Program-made: the position numbers and the translations under genes | From: an uncultured Candidatus Saccharibacteria bacterium | GTDB taxonomy: Bacteria; Patescibacteriota; Minisyncoccia; Minisyncoccales; GWA2-38-27 | DNA length: 64,000 bases | Reading direction: 5' to 3' | Assembly: GCA_964609075.1 (NCBI GenBank) | Contig: CAZSQP010000003.1 | Span: 36,907 to 100,906, forward strand | In this document: piece after piece, positions 30,101-39,099 of the stretch | Layout of the letters: every line of letters starts with the position of its first letter | Position numbering within the stretch: the stretch's first letter is position 1 | Notes under the pieces: model-generated | Seen by the model: only the letters and a program-made list of their open reading frames with translations | The model's database searches: none | Told to the model about the DNA's origin: nothing

Positions 30101-31493
30101 CATACCTCAAGCAGGAGAGCTTTCTGACTTTTTGGGAGAATATGCCGGAATAGCCAGTATTATTAATGATCCTCTTAACACAACGAATATAATGAATGCT
30201 GCCTCAAATCTTTCTCAAATAGCCCCTCAGCTTTCACCTGTTATGGGAGAGCTTAAAAGCTTAGGAGGGCTTTTTGGAGGACCTCAGGGAATTACCGGAG
30301 CTTTTTCTTCCGGTTCTTGCAACTGTGATACCTGTAAAAGCGTAAGAGGAGAAATAGAAAAGCTTCAGTTAGAAAACGTAGACAGCTTAATACCTTCTTT
30401 AAAAACAGAACAACAAAAGACGATAAGAGAAAGAGAAGACCTGGAAGAACAAATGGACAGATTAGAGAGGGCAGCAAAGTTTATCAATGCTTGCCCTTAC
30501 ACCCTAAAAGAAAGTTTAAGCCGCTTTTATCCAACTAAAGAATCTTACATCTCTAATAGAAGTGGAATTGTAAGGCAATTTCCTTTTTGGGACGACATCA
30601 TAATCCCTTATCTCACAGAACAAAACGAAACAGTTTCAGAATGGGCTTCTTTTCTTTGTATTATTGGAGGAAACATTCTTTCTGTAGCTAACCCAGTAGA
30701 ACATATGGGAGAAGCTTCCATCACAGGAGAATCTAGAACCTGTTTTAACGAAATACCTGTAGGAGACATCATAGAGAGAACTTTAAGAACAGCGAACCTC
30801 ATGACTCAGAAAATGGACCAAATTGTGTCTTTGGACAGAGAATTAATCTCGGAGATAGACAAGCTTCATGTTTTAATAAGCAACTGTACCTCTCAAGCCC
30901 CTCCCTGTTTTTCTGTCTGTATATGCGTTCCCTGTGAACATGGAGGAGGATGCTGTCCTTGCCTTAAATGGTGCGAAGGATCTGCCTGTCCATACGGGGA
31001 GATAAAAGATCAGGCTAAAAAGATTCAGCAGATTATAAATAGGAAAAACGGCTTGAGCTATACTATCAACAACCCGAACCCAGCTTCTCAACAAGGAATG
31101 CAAAATCAAGTCAAAGAGGGTATAGGATTAAACCCTATTATCGACACTATTGTTCCCGCTATCTTGCAAGACCTCCAGACCGAAGTAAGACATCCTATGA
31201 TGGCCTGCGAACCTCAGCAACACGAAGGAAACCTTATCCCCTGCAACAGAGCTGTAGGAAGAACTACTCCTGAAGGATTAATTCAAGGATGCGCTCAAGA
31301 TGAAGAGTTCTTTAACCCCTGCATTGAAAAGTGCTATCTTGAAGAAACCCAAGAAGAATATACCAACTGCCTCGAAAGCTGCCTTCTAATTCAAAAAGGG
31401 GTTTATTCTAATTTAGAGGGATCCGATGAAATTCCTAATTATCATCACGAATTAAACTTTTTCTGTTGCCCCGCAGAAACCTCGCCTAGATAA
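27183..31493 (+). CDS. Giant (1436-aa) secreted protein: N-terminal two-helix pilin-like (TrbC/VirB2-like) domain, a CxC motif, about 25 degenerate ~40-aa helical repeats, and a Cys-rich C-terminal domain
   Basis: Signal peptide; LEINYP; TM-loop(TGEPDK)-TM-INPDL module shared with 31496, 32698 and 51365. Repeats of the type DPxDxxNIQxAxxDLSxIxPQxGxLSDFLGEYxGIASxV. C-terminal Cys clusters CICVPCEHGGGCCPCLKWCEGSACP. Confidence 0.55.
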   Translation: MGKKKQIILFCLLLLLFSLGADFVLALEINYPNLPDTEPPQDFLQRLSPNEALPLYVDYFFKLAIWILGFVAFGVMVYGGALYLISTGEPDKLVKAREFISSSFFGILILLTSYLVLSVINPDLVNLEAPEIEEFTIEREPEVPEPKILAANTSIHVELPFGRLIEGDIFETYISDPNAVQGRTPRLSRIKSNASSTIDIASKLSQNSQQLSSLAQSCDCSQAEPVCPNCQPQGATPLSNILGLEGMGVFSQITDNLSDILGEGNLGPALGLSEAVSRGTGNIGELSSVLDSIDQISKDLSLSQNLPQAFEIGGEIASITQNPQELTGMVNSIENMSQIAGLGNFQEAFNIATQAALIAENPENLTSVLTSAENITDITGITGDLGDTYNIGYNIASIVDSPNSYSSVVGSIANITGMLDVPRDLSGVFSTAYDMASVADNPANIVPLLNSNKKIANILGSSNRMEDVFNVGYNVALIAENPDQYSTIVGAASNITDIMEAPVNLGESFGIAYDIASIAEEPSNISRTFSSLENINRTIDSPNYLRPAFKTVRDLGSIVRNQNNLESVLLSSEEIARRVNDSDDLFRAFEKAHEATEIVEDYQRYPELVESMGRLSRIFENPAHLEQVLEIAKEKDLAEDPEELVEALREDPDFRHVVPQEDMDKTLEEIENIAERTDRFDEVERITREVENIVPNTGSLADVFERVGSVSRLTENPDDLRNISLVLEDFSYLSEDTEEAAFLLEEFREISLITRDLSDIENLENLAVELSYLAGDHYGFNEVLRNFGGVASVIQEPEDLRNIQYAMEDLSTIVPELEGMSSVLENFQGIGTLIQDPQDMGNIRMAMTDLSHVFPQAGELSDFLGEYSGIASLVEDPTDFQNIQAAADNLSEILPQTGNLSQYFDNLEGIASYVQDPTDFQGLQGALSDLSQILPEAGQLSDFLGQYENLASVIQDPTDLANIQGGLEDLSQVIPQAGELSDFLGEYAGIASIINDPLNTTNIMNAASNLSQIAPQLSPVMGELKSLGGLFGGPQGITGAFSSGSCNCDTCKSVRGEIEKLQLENVDSLIPSLKTEQQKTIREREDLEEQMDRLERAAKFINACPYTLKESLSRFYPTKESYISNRSGIVRQFPFWDDIIIPYLTEQNETVSEWASFLCIIGGNILSVANPVEHMGEASITGESRTCFNEIPVGDIIERTLRTANLMTQKMDQIVSLDRELISEIDKLHVLISNCTSQAPPCFSVCICVPCEHGGGCCPCLKWCEGSACPYGEIKDQAKKIQQIINRKNGLSYTINNPNPASQQGMQNQVKEGIGLNPIIDTIVPAILQDLQTEVRHPMMACEPQQHEGNLIPCNRAVGRTTPEGLIQGCAQDEEFFNPCIEKCYLEETQEEYTNCLESCLLIQKGVYSNLEGSDEIPNYHHELNFFCCPAETSPR

Positions 31494-31495
31494 AA

Positions 31496-32701
31496 ATGAT
31501 TAGAGATAAAAAGAAAATATTAATAATTCTAGTTCTTTTTCTCCTCCTCTCTTTTGGTTTTGCTTTTGCCCAAAGAGATCTAGAAGTTGATTACCCCGGT
31601 TTTAATCCCTCTAGCACAGAGGATATTTTACCAGAGTATGTAGAATATATTTTCTATTTTATAGTATCTCTCTCAGGTTTTCTGGCTTTAGCATTTATGA
31701 TCTATGCGGGTACCCGCTATCTAACTTCGGCGGGAGACCCTTCAAAAATGCAAGAAGCCAAAGAACAATTAATTTCAGCTTCCTGGGGAATTCTTATCAT
31801 CTTAGCTTCCTACCTAATATTAGCGAATATAAATCCTCAGTTGACCTTAATAAAATTAGAAGTAGAGGATGTAGGAGAGATGCCTGCTCCAGAAGAGTCG
31901 CCTCCTGTAGCTCCTCCTGCCTATCCCAACTATTTATGGCGTATAAGTGAAATAGCAAACAGCACAAAACTTGTTATAGACCAAGAAAAAGGACTTATAA
32001 AATCAGCGGGACGCCTTCATTCTTTAACTAATAGATGCAACTGCAGTTTAACTAACCCTCTCTGCCTTTGCAGGTCATACATGGGAGGGGGTTGCCAGGC
32101 TGTTTACTGCTATGCTGGTTCTAAAAACCAACCCTGCCCTGACGAAGAAGGAATTAAAGAAGAGCAGCAGAATGTAATTGCCTCTTTCTCAGAATTGCTA
32201 TATTATAGAAAAAGAGCTGTAACAGAAAGAGAAGACTTCCTTTTACATATTAATGATCTAGAAAAGAAGATTCAGTTTTATGAAGAGAGGATATCTGTCG
32301 AGAAAAGCGACTATATTAAAGGAAAGCTTCAGGAAAGTTTGCAGACAGCTCAGGAACAGAGAGAACTTTACTTACAGCTTGAAGAAAAACTTAAAGAACT
32401 TTCTGAGTTAATCGTAGGAGCTTCTCTGGCAGCATCAAAACTCTCTAAACTGCCAGACGGAACAGAAGGAATACCAGGCTGTTTAGAAAATGTTAAAACG
32501 TTGTGTACAGGAACCTGCGCTGGAGGATGCCACAATACCTTGGAATGCTCTCCTATAAGCTGTTCTGGAGGTAATCCCTGCCCTATGCCCCAGATTATTC
32601 AAGAGAAGCAGACAGTTAACTCTTTTGGAAATAGAATTAAAGGGGTTTGCGATCAAATATTAACAATACTAGAACAAACAGAAACTGTTATCGTAAAATG
32701 A
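31496..32701 (+). CDS. Secreted protein: the same N-terminal pilin-like domain plus CNCS...CLC motif, coiled coil, and Cys-rich C-terminus (short paralog of 27183)
   Basis: LEVDYP...TM...YLTSAGDPSKM...TM...INPQL; stop overlaps the next start (ATGA). Confidence 0.5.
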   Translation: MIRDKKKILIILVLFLLLSFGFAFAQRDLEVDYPGFNPSSTEDILPEYVEYIFYFIVSLSGFLALAFMIYAGTRYLTSAGDPSKMQEAKEQLISASWGILIILASYLILANINPQLTLIKLEVEDVGEMPAPEESPPVAPPAYPNYLWRISEIANSTKLVIDQEKGLIKSAGRLHSLTNRCNCSLTNPLCLCRSYMGGGCQAVYCYAGSKNQPCPDEEGIKEEQQNVIASFSELLYYRKRAVTEREDFLLHINDLEKKIQFYEERISVEKSDYIKGKLQESLQTAQEQRELYLQLEEKLKELSELIVGASLAASKLSKLPDGTEGIPGCLENVKTLCTGTCAGGCHNTLECSPISCSGGNPCPMPQIIQEKQTVNSFGNRIKGVCDQILTILEQTETVIVK

Positions 32702-33921
32702 AAAGAATACTACTCATCATACTTTTTCTTTCTTTTTTCTCTCTAGTCGGGATTTGTTTCGCCCAGACTTCTTTAGAAGTAGATTATCCTTCTATTAGAG
32801 GATATGAAATAACAGAAGAAACTGTTACTTTTGGTAAATACATAAAATATATTTATCTTTTTGTTATAGCTATAAGCGGATTCATAGGATTAGGGGTTCT
32901 AATCTGGGCAGGTTTTAAATATATGACTTCTTCTGGAAATCCTGAAAGAATGGGGGACGCTAAAGACTGGATTACTAGAGCCCTAATAGGCCTTTTGATT
33001 ATCTTTCTTTCCTGGATAATAGTTAATACTATAAATCCAGAGCTTACTGTTTTAACAACGAAACCTACCGTTCCTTTCATTTCAGATCTCCCCAGAGGAG
33101 TGGTTTTATGCGAAAAACAGGTTGATTTAAATGGGGCTTGGCAGATTGTCCAAGAATATAAAGACCTTGATATTTCTTCTGATACTATAGATCGAAGAAA
33201 ACAATTAAAAGAAGATTTTGAAACCATAATGCAGGAAGTAATTCCAAACTGTATTTCCAGAACCGGAGCTGTAACAGGACTTACCAGAGATTTTAGATAT
33301 ATCTATCTAGTTCCCACAGAAAATAGAAATTATGGAGCTATAGCTTTTAAAAAATCAGGTTTTAGAGGAGAATTACAGATGTTTATGCCAGTAGAAGGAG
33401 ACCAACCGGTTTTAGGTAGACCAGTTGAGAAAACAATCAACTTAGACGATGTAGCTTCCGTTTACTCTTTTGCCTTAAATACAAATCCTGACCCCTCTTG
33501 GGGTGTTACTCTATACTCTGAAGAAAACTTCAATTACGCCCTTGATAAGCCCTGTGTAGAATATTCTATTGGAGGAGGAAGCTCGAGTGGTTGTGATCCT
33601 GGTAATATAAATTGGATTGAAAGTATAGGAATTGGCGCTCCAACCTCTATTAAAGATCAACTAGAAGGGAAAAGTCCCGAATCTTTAAGAATAGAAGGGA
33701 ATCTACTAGTGATTTTGACAAAAGACCCTAACGCTAAAGCTTCAGATCCTGGAACATATACTGTAAAAAAAGAAAGCGATCCCTCGCTTCTAAATGATGA
33801 TCCTATTATAAACTGGAGACCCTCTATCAGGAATATAAATCCGGAAGATAAGGGTTTGGAGCCTGTAGCTGCGGCCCAAAAGATGATAATCGTATCTTAT
33901 TCAACCGATTTAAGCGATTAA
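32698..33921 (+). CDS. Secreted protein: the same N-terminal pilin-like domain plus a roughly 290-aa non-Cys-rich extracellular domain
   Basis: LEVDYP...TM...YMTSSGNPERM...TM...INPEL. The ATG at 32698 (MKRILLIIL) is preferred over the track start at 32647. Confidence 0.5.
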   Translation: MKRILLIILFLSFFSLVGICFAQTSLEVDYPSIRGYEITEETVTFGKYIKYIYLFVIAISGFIGLGVLIWAGFKYMTSSGNPERMGDAKDWITRALIGLLIIFLSWIIVNTINPELTVLTTKPTVPFISDLPRGVVLCEKQVDLNGAWQIVQEYKDLDISSDTIDRRKQLKEDFETIMQEVIPNCISRTGAVTGLTRDFRYIYLVPTENRNYGAIAFKKSGFRGELQMFMPVEGDQPVLGRPVEKTINLDDVASVYSFALNTNPDPSWGVTLYSEENFNYALDKPCVEYSIGGGSSSGCDPGNINWIESIGIGAPTSIKDQLEGKSPESLRIEGNLLVILTKDPNAKASDPGTYTVKKESDPSLLNDDPIINWRPSIRNINPEDKGLEPVAAAQKMIIVSYSTDLSD

Positions 33922-34370
33922 ACGGGCTTTATTACAATGCTTCTCTCTGGTTCTCTCCCCGTGCTTTCTGTTGTAACATCTCCCCTTTCAGCTAATTCCA
34001 TATGAATAATCCTTCTTTCTGAAGCTGGCAAAGGACCTAGCTTTTTTTCTTTGCCCGATAAAACAGCTTCGTCTGCAGCTGCCCTTGCAGCCTCTCTTAA
34101 ATACCCTGCCTTCTTCTCTTTATAGCCATTAACATCAATATCAATGTAGAATCTTTCCTCTGGAAATTTTTTTCTTAAAACAGACTTTAACAATCTTTGT
34201 ATCTCAGCTAAGGTTTGTCCTCTCTGACCTATTAAAAGTTTAGGCTCTTCTGTTTTAATTTTCACAGGAATATTCTCTTCTACAGGTCTCTGAATTTCTA
34301 AAGAGATACTGAGTTTTGTCCTCCTAAAAAAATCCTCTATTTCTTTTTTAATATCATTGAACTTTTCCAT
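33918..34370 (-). CDS. jag: Jag/KhpB RNA-binding protein (KH + R3H domains)
   Basis: Domain pattern and conserved position downstream of yidC. Confidence 0.75.
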   Translation of the reverse strand: MEKFNDIKKEIEDFFRRTKLSISLEIQRPVEENIPVKIKTEEPKLLIGQRGQTLAEIQRLLKSVLRKKFPEERFYIDIDVNGYKEKKAGYLREAARAAADEAVLSGKEKKLGPLPASERRIIHMELAERGDVTTESTGREPERSIVIKPV

Positions 34371-35070
34371 TGGGCTTCTTTTTAAATACTATATATTGTT
34401 GAACAACAGTGAATATTGTAGTGGTCATCCAGTAAAGACCTATAGCAGAAGGTAGTCTTAAAAGAATAATAGCTGTAATAACAGGGAAAATATATTGCAT
34501 CTGCTTTTGCATCATAGAGGATAAATCTGAATTCTTATTAGTTTTTGTTTTAGGGACAGTCATTCTTGTCTGAATAAACTGAAATATGCCAGCTAAAACT
34601 GCTATATACATTGAAGGTTCCACTAGATTAAGTATGCCTAAGAAGTAAGGGTTTATAGTCTCAGGTCTAGAGATAAAAGAATAAAGCATCTGAAACTCTT
34701 CTCCCGATATTCCTCCTTCAAATGTCCTAAAGACCCAGAATAGAGCTATTAAGACGGGGAGCTGAATTAACAAAGGAAAACAACCAGAAAAGGGATTTAT
34801 ATTTCTTTCTTTATAAAGCTCCATCATCTTCTTGCTCTGCTCTGCTTTGTCTTTATATTTATCCTGGATTTCTTTTATCTTAGGCTGAAGATCAGATAAG
34901 GCTTTTTGAGATTTTACAGCTTTTAAACTTAAAGGAAAGAAGAGTAGTTTTATTAATACCGTCAGGATAATAACAGCTATTCCCAGATCATTCCCGGGAA
35001 TATAGGCATAAAGAAAAATCAAGACATTAAAGAGGGGTTGGTATAGGATTGTTCTAAAAAACTCTATCAT
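34354..35070 (-). CDS. yidC: Membrane protein insertase YidC (short, Gram-positive-type)
   Basis: Conserved YidC core (NINPFSGCFPLLIQLPVLIALFWV). Confidence 0.85.
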   Translation of the reverse strand: MIEFFRTILYQPLFNVLIFLYAYIPGNDLGIAVIILTVLIKLLFFPLSLKAVKSQKALSDLQPKIKEIQDKYKDKAEQSKKMMELYKERNINPFSGCFPLLIQLPVLIALFWVFRTFEGGISGEEFQMLYSFISRPETINPYFLGILNLVEPSMYIAVLAGIFQFIQTRMTVPKTKTNKNSDLSSMMQKQMQYIFPVITAIILLRLPSAIGLYWMTTTIFTVVQQYIVFKKKPNGKVQ

Positions 35071-35276
35071 GGAAGATCTATTCCTCCTTCAAAAAAAGGA
35101 TTGCATCTTAATATTCTTTTTATTCCAGAAAAAGAACCTCTTAAAAGGCCCTTCTTTTCAACAGAGAGGATAAAATACTCAGAGCAGGAAGGATAAAACC
35201 TACAGCTCTCTCCTAATAGAGGAGAGATAAATATTTGATACCCTCTTATTATTTTTATAACTATTCTTTTAACCAT
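35067..35276 (-). CDS. yidD: Membrane protein insertion efficiency factor YidD
   Basis: IRGYQIFISPLLG..CRFYPSCSEY motif. Confidence 0.8.
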   Translation of the reverse strand: MVKRIVIKIIRGYQIFISPLLGESCRFYPSCSEYFILSVEKKGLLRGSFSGIKRILRCNPFFEGGIDLP

Positions 35277-35595
35277 TTAGTTTTGCTTTTTTAAAAAGCT
35301 TTTTTACTCTCTGTTCTATTTTTTCTGTGTCTTTAAAACCGGGGAGAACTACAATAACGCAGTCTGCTTTTTTTGTCATCTTAGGGAGCTCTTTTTTAAC
35401 AGCTTCTCTCAGCTTTCTTTTAATTCTATTTCTAACAGAAGCTTTAGGAGAAACTTTCTTACTAACAACAAAACCGAAGCGAGCGGATCCTTCTTTTGTT
35501 TTTAAATAAAGAGAGTCTTCCTTAAAATCCTTTCCTTTTTCAAAAACCTCCTTAAAGTCTTTTTCTTTCTTTAATCTATTTTTAAAAGGAAGCAT
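35269..35595 (-). CDS. rnpA: RNase P protein component
   Basis: Basic 108-aa protein in the conserved position between rpmH and yidD. Confidence 0.8.
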   Translation of the reverse strand: MLPFKNRLKKEKDFKEVFEKGKDFKEDSLYLKTKEGSARFGFVVSKKVSPKASVRNRIKRKLREAVKKELPKMTKKADCVIVVLPGFKDTEKIEQRVKKLFKKAKLNG

Positions 35596-35596
35596 C

Positions 35597-35731
35597 CTAG
35601 GCGGCTAGTTTTTTTCTCTTTTTATTCCTTCTTCTTTTAATTACTTTCTTTCCTGACTTAGTTTTACTCCTTTTTCTAAATCCATGAGTTGCTTTTCTCT
35701 TTTTCTTTTTTGGATTGTATGTAATAGACAT
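35597..35731 (-). CDS. rpmH: 50S ribosomal protein L34
   Basis: Manual translation of the minus strand: [44 protein letters not shown] (44 aa). Missing from the ORF track because it is shorter than 60 aa. Confidence 0.8.
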   Translation of the reverse strand: MSITYNPKKKKRKATHGFRKRSKTKSGKKVIKRRRNKKRKKLAA

Positions 35732-35939
35732 ATTTTTTTGTTATTTAATATAATGTTCCAGTATAATATTAAAAAGGTTTTTGGTCAATTAATGAGTTTT
35801 TTTATTCCTGGAAAATCCACAGTTAATCCCCAGTTTTTTCACAAAATTAAAATTTTTAGGTTCATTTACTTTTACAATTGGCATGCTATACTTGAATATT
35901 AGAAGATAGAATATAGATATTTTTTAAACTCTAAAAACA
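35732..35939. other. rpmH-dnaA intergenic region; candidate oriC segment
   Basis: Divergent gene orientation. One near-consensus DnaA box (aaATCCACA at about 35808). Confidence 0.3.
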
Positions 35940-37292
35940 ATGACAAAAGAAGAACTCTGGCAATCCGTTCTTGCCCAAATCCAACTTAATACCTCGCAGG
36001 CTAACTTTGCCACTTGGTTTAAGAACACCAATATTGAAACTCAAAAAGAACATAAAGTCGTAGTTTCTGTCTCCAATTCTTTTGTTAAAGAGTGGTTAGA
36101 GAATAAATACCATAAAGATATTATAAAGATACTTCATAATTTAGACAGCCAAATAAAAGAAGTGGAGTATTCTGTAGGGAAAACCCCAAAAACCTCCTCC
36201 AGAAAGGATCCTATATTTATAGAAGAAGAGACAGACCAGTTGGAATTTCAAGAATTTAAGATTAATAAAGAAACCAACTTAAACCCAAAGTATATTTTTG
36301 ATAATTTTGTAGTAGGCCCCTTTAATGAACTTCCTCACGCCGCAGCCACAGCTGTCTCAGAAAGTCCGGGATTAGTTTATAATCCTCTTTTCGTATATGG
36401 AGGAGTGGGTTTGGGTAAAACCCATATCTTACAAGCTGTTGGAAACGAGGTTATTAAAAACTTTCCTAAAAAGAAAGTTAAATATTTATCTTCTGAAAAG
36501 TTTACTTCTGAAGTAGTGGGCTCCATTAAAAATCAGACTATAGATGAATTAAAGAAAAAATACCAGGGAATTGATGTTTTGATTATAGATGACATTCAGT
36601 TTTTAGCAGGAAGAGAAAAAACCCAGGAAGAATTTTTTCATGTTTTTAATGTTCTTTATGAAAAAAACAAACAAATTATTATTTCCTCAGATAGGCCTCC
36701 TAAGGCTATTTCCTCTTTAGTTGAAAGATTAAGATCAAGGTTTGAAGGAGGAATGATAGCTGATATCAGCTCTCCTGATTATGAAACCAGGCTAGCTATT
36801 TTAAAGACCAAAGCAAACGAAAAAAACTACGACTTTCCTGATAAAATTTATGAGTTTCTAGCTTCTTCTGTAAAAAGGAATATCAGAGAATTAGAGGGAG
36901 CTTTAAATAGACTTATAGTTTATCAAAAAGTAAATAATAAACAACCTGATATAGAAACAGCAAAGAGTTTACTTAAAAATCTTCTTTCCTCTCCAAGACA
37001 AATTGTTACTCCTAAAAAAATAATCCAGATGGTAGCAGAATTCTATGATTTAAAAGAAAAAGATCTTTTAACCTCTTCTAGAAAAAAGGAAATTGTAAGA
37101 CCAAGACAGATAGCTATGTATTTATTAAGAGAGGAGCTTAAAAACTCTTTCCCTTTTATAGGTAGAAAGTTTAATGGAAAGGACCATACCACAGCTATTC
37201 ATTCATATAAAAAAATAGTAAAGGAAGTTAAAGATAATAAAAAATTAGAAGAAGAAATAGAATTAATAAAAGACAGAATAGCTACAGCTTAG
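35940..37292 (+). CDS. dnaA: Chromosomal replication initiator DnaA
   Basis: AAA+ Walker A GGVGLGKTHIL and the C-terminal DNA-binding domain. Confidence 0.9.
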   Translation: MTKEELWQSVLAQIQLNTSQANFATWFKNTNIETQKEHKVVVSVSNSFVKEWLENKYHKDIIKILHNLDSQIKEVEYSVGKTPKTSSRKDPIFIEEETDQLEFQEFKINKETNLNPKYIFDNFVVGPFNELPHAAATAVSESPGLVYNPLFVYGGVGLGKTHILQAVGNEVIKNFPKKKVKYLSSEKFTSEVVGSIKNQTIDELKKKYQGIDVLIIDDIQFLAGREKTQEEFFHVFNVLYEKNKQIIISSDRPPKAISSLVERLRSRFEGGMIADISSPDYETRLAILKTKANEKNYDFPDKIYEFLASSVKRNIRELEGALNRLIVYQKVNNKQPDIETAKSLLKNLLSSPRQIVTPKKIIQMVAEFYDLKEKDLLTSSRKKEIVRPRQIAMYLLREELKNSFPFIGRKFNGKDHTTAIHSYKKIVKEVKDNKKLEEEIELIKDRIATA

Positions 37293-37506
37293 ATTTCCCC
37301 ATCTTTTCCAGATGTTTAAAAACTGTTAAATTATCTGTTTAAAAGAAAGGGATAGAAAAAGGAAAAAAACAATTAAAAAGTTTTCCCATATAATTAAACA
37401 ATTTTTTCCTAATCTTTTTCTTCTTTTTTACCCAATAAAATTAAGAATAAAATAAAAGTTTTTAACAATACTAATAATAATAATAATTTAATATATTAAA
37501 AAAATT
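37293..37506. other. dnaA-dnaN intergenic region; AT-rich candidate DNA-unwinding element / oriC
   Basis: More than 85% A+T over about 150 bp (taataataataataatttaatatatt...). Confidence 0.3.
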
Positions 37507-38634
37507 ATGAAATTTACTATCTTACAAGAAAAATTAAAAGAAGGACTGAATATAGTAGAAAGAATATCTTCTAAGTCTTTAACTTTACCTATTTTAAATA
37601 ATATTTTAATTTCTACAGAAAAGAATTTTTTAAATTTAACTGCTACAGATTTAGAAGTAGGAATTAAATGGTGGGGATTAGCTAAAATAGAAAAACAAGG
37701 GAAATTAACTGTACCCGCTAAACTACTCTCTAATTTTGTGGGTCTTTTACCTAATAAAAAAATAAATCTTCAATCTAAAAATAATAATTTATCTATAGAG
37801 TGTGAAAAATATAAAACTCAAATAAAAGGGGTTTCTGCGGAAGAGTTTCCTATTATTCCTAAAATAGAAGAAGGAGAAAAAATTACTGTAAATAGCCAGA
37901 ACCTATGTAAAGGAATAAGCCAAATAGCAGATATTGCAGTTCCTTCTACTACCAAACCTGAAATATCAGGACTATTTTTCTCTTTAGAAGGAAAACAACT
38001 TACTTTAGCTGCTACAGATAGTTTTAGATTAGGAGAAAGAAAAATTTTCTTAGATAAAAAACCTTCGATAAAGAATTTTTCTTTAATTCTTCCTCAAAAA
38101 GCTGCTAAAGAAATAACCAATATTTTTAGTGAGACAAATAAAGATATTAAAATATTTTTTTCTCCGAACCAGATAATGTTCGAACTTCCTATGGAAGAGG
38201 CCTCTCATCCTAAAGTACAGCTTGTTTCTCGATTAATAGAAGGAGAATATCCTAATTACCAAGAAATAATACCTTCTAAAAATGACACTCAGATTATAAT
38301 AGAAAAAGAAAAGATTTTAAACCAGATTAAAAGTGCTAGTTTATTCAGTGGTAAAGTAAATGAGGTAAAAATAAAGGCTGACCCAAAAAAGAAGGAAATT
38401 GAACTTTTTAGTCAAAGCACAGACATTGGAGAATTTAAATCTTCAATTCCAGCTAAAATAAAAGGACAGGCTTGTGAAGTGTCCTTTAACCATAGATATT
38501 TAATGGACGGCTTGATGAGTATTAAGAGTTCTGAGATTTCTTTTGAGTTAAACAAAGATTCAGGTCCTGGAGTATTAAAACCTGTAGGAGAGGAGGGATA
38601 TGTTTATGTGGTAATGCCTATAAAGTCAAACTAA
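37507..38634 (+). CDS. dnaN: DNA polymerase III beta sliding clamp
   Basis: 375 aa with three-domain clamp architecture, downstream of dnaA. Confidence 0.85.
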   Translation: MKFTILQEKLKEGLNIVERISSKSLTLPILNNILISTEKNFLNLTATDLEVGIKWWGLAKIEKQGKLTVPAKLLSNFVGLLPNKKINLQSKNNNLSIECEKYKTQIKGVSAEEFPIIPKIEEGEKITVNSQNLCKGISQIADIAVPSTTKPEISGLFFSLEGKQLTLAATDSFRLGERKIFLDKKPSIKNFSLILPQKAAKEITNIFSETNKDIKIFFSPNQIMFELPMEEASHPKVQLVSRLIEGEYPNYQEIIPSKNDTQIIIEKEKILNQIKSASLFSGKVNEVKIKADPKKKEIELFSQSTDIGEFKSSIPAKIKGQACEVSFNHRYLMDGLMSIKSSEISFELNKDSGPGVLKPVGEEGYVYVVMPIKSN

Positions 38635-39006
38635 AAGAATATATATTTTTTAAAAAGAGAATAGATTTCTATTCTCTTTTTAATTTTATAAGACTTAACA
38701 GACTATTAAAAACAGTAGAAAAGTATAAAACTAATATAGGTCTTTGAAAACCGAACTCTCGGAAAAGAAAAGAGAAATATTATGGATCAAATTGCTGTTT
38801 TTTGGTTTTAGCGTTTCTGATGATTTTAGTGATAGTGTCTAAAAAACACCAGATTCTCCGCAGGCGAGAAATATAAATAATTTACAATGGGAGCGCTATA
38901 AAATAACGCATGGTGCCTATCCCAGATTTGATGAGCATAGGCAACTATACCATTAAGAAACTTTTTAAAAATTCTATAGAAAGAGCAGAGACCCTGTTCT
39001 TTTTTA

Positions 39007-39035
39007 TTGACATAAAATTATTTAGATGATATAAT
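39007..39035 (+). promoter_or_regulatory. Consensus sigma70-type promoter: TTGACA, 17-bp spacer, TGaTATAAT (extended -10)
   Basis: Exact -35 and -10 hexamers with 17-bp spacing, 65 bp upstream of the SPFH gene. Confidence 0.6.
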
Positions 39036-39042
39036 CTAAATA

Positions 39043-39061
39043 CTGAGAAACGGTTTCTCAG
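39043..39061 (+). promoter_or_regulatory. 19-bp perfect palindrome (CTGAGAAAC-G-GTTTCTCAG) at about +1 to +19 of that promoter; candidate operator or 5' stem-loop
   Basis: Read directly from the sequence. Confidence 0.5.
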
Positions 39062-39099
39062 CTAAAAAGCACACTAAAAAAGAAATAAGGAGAGACAAG

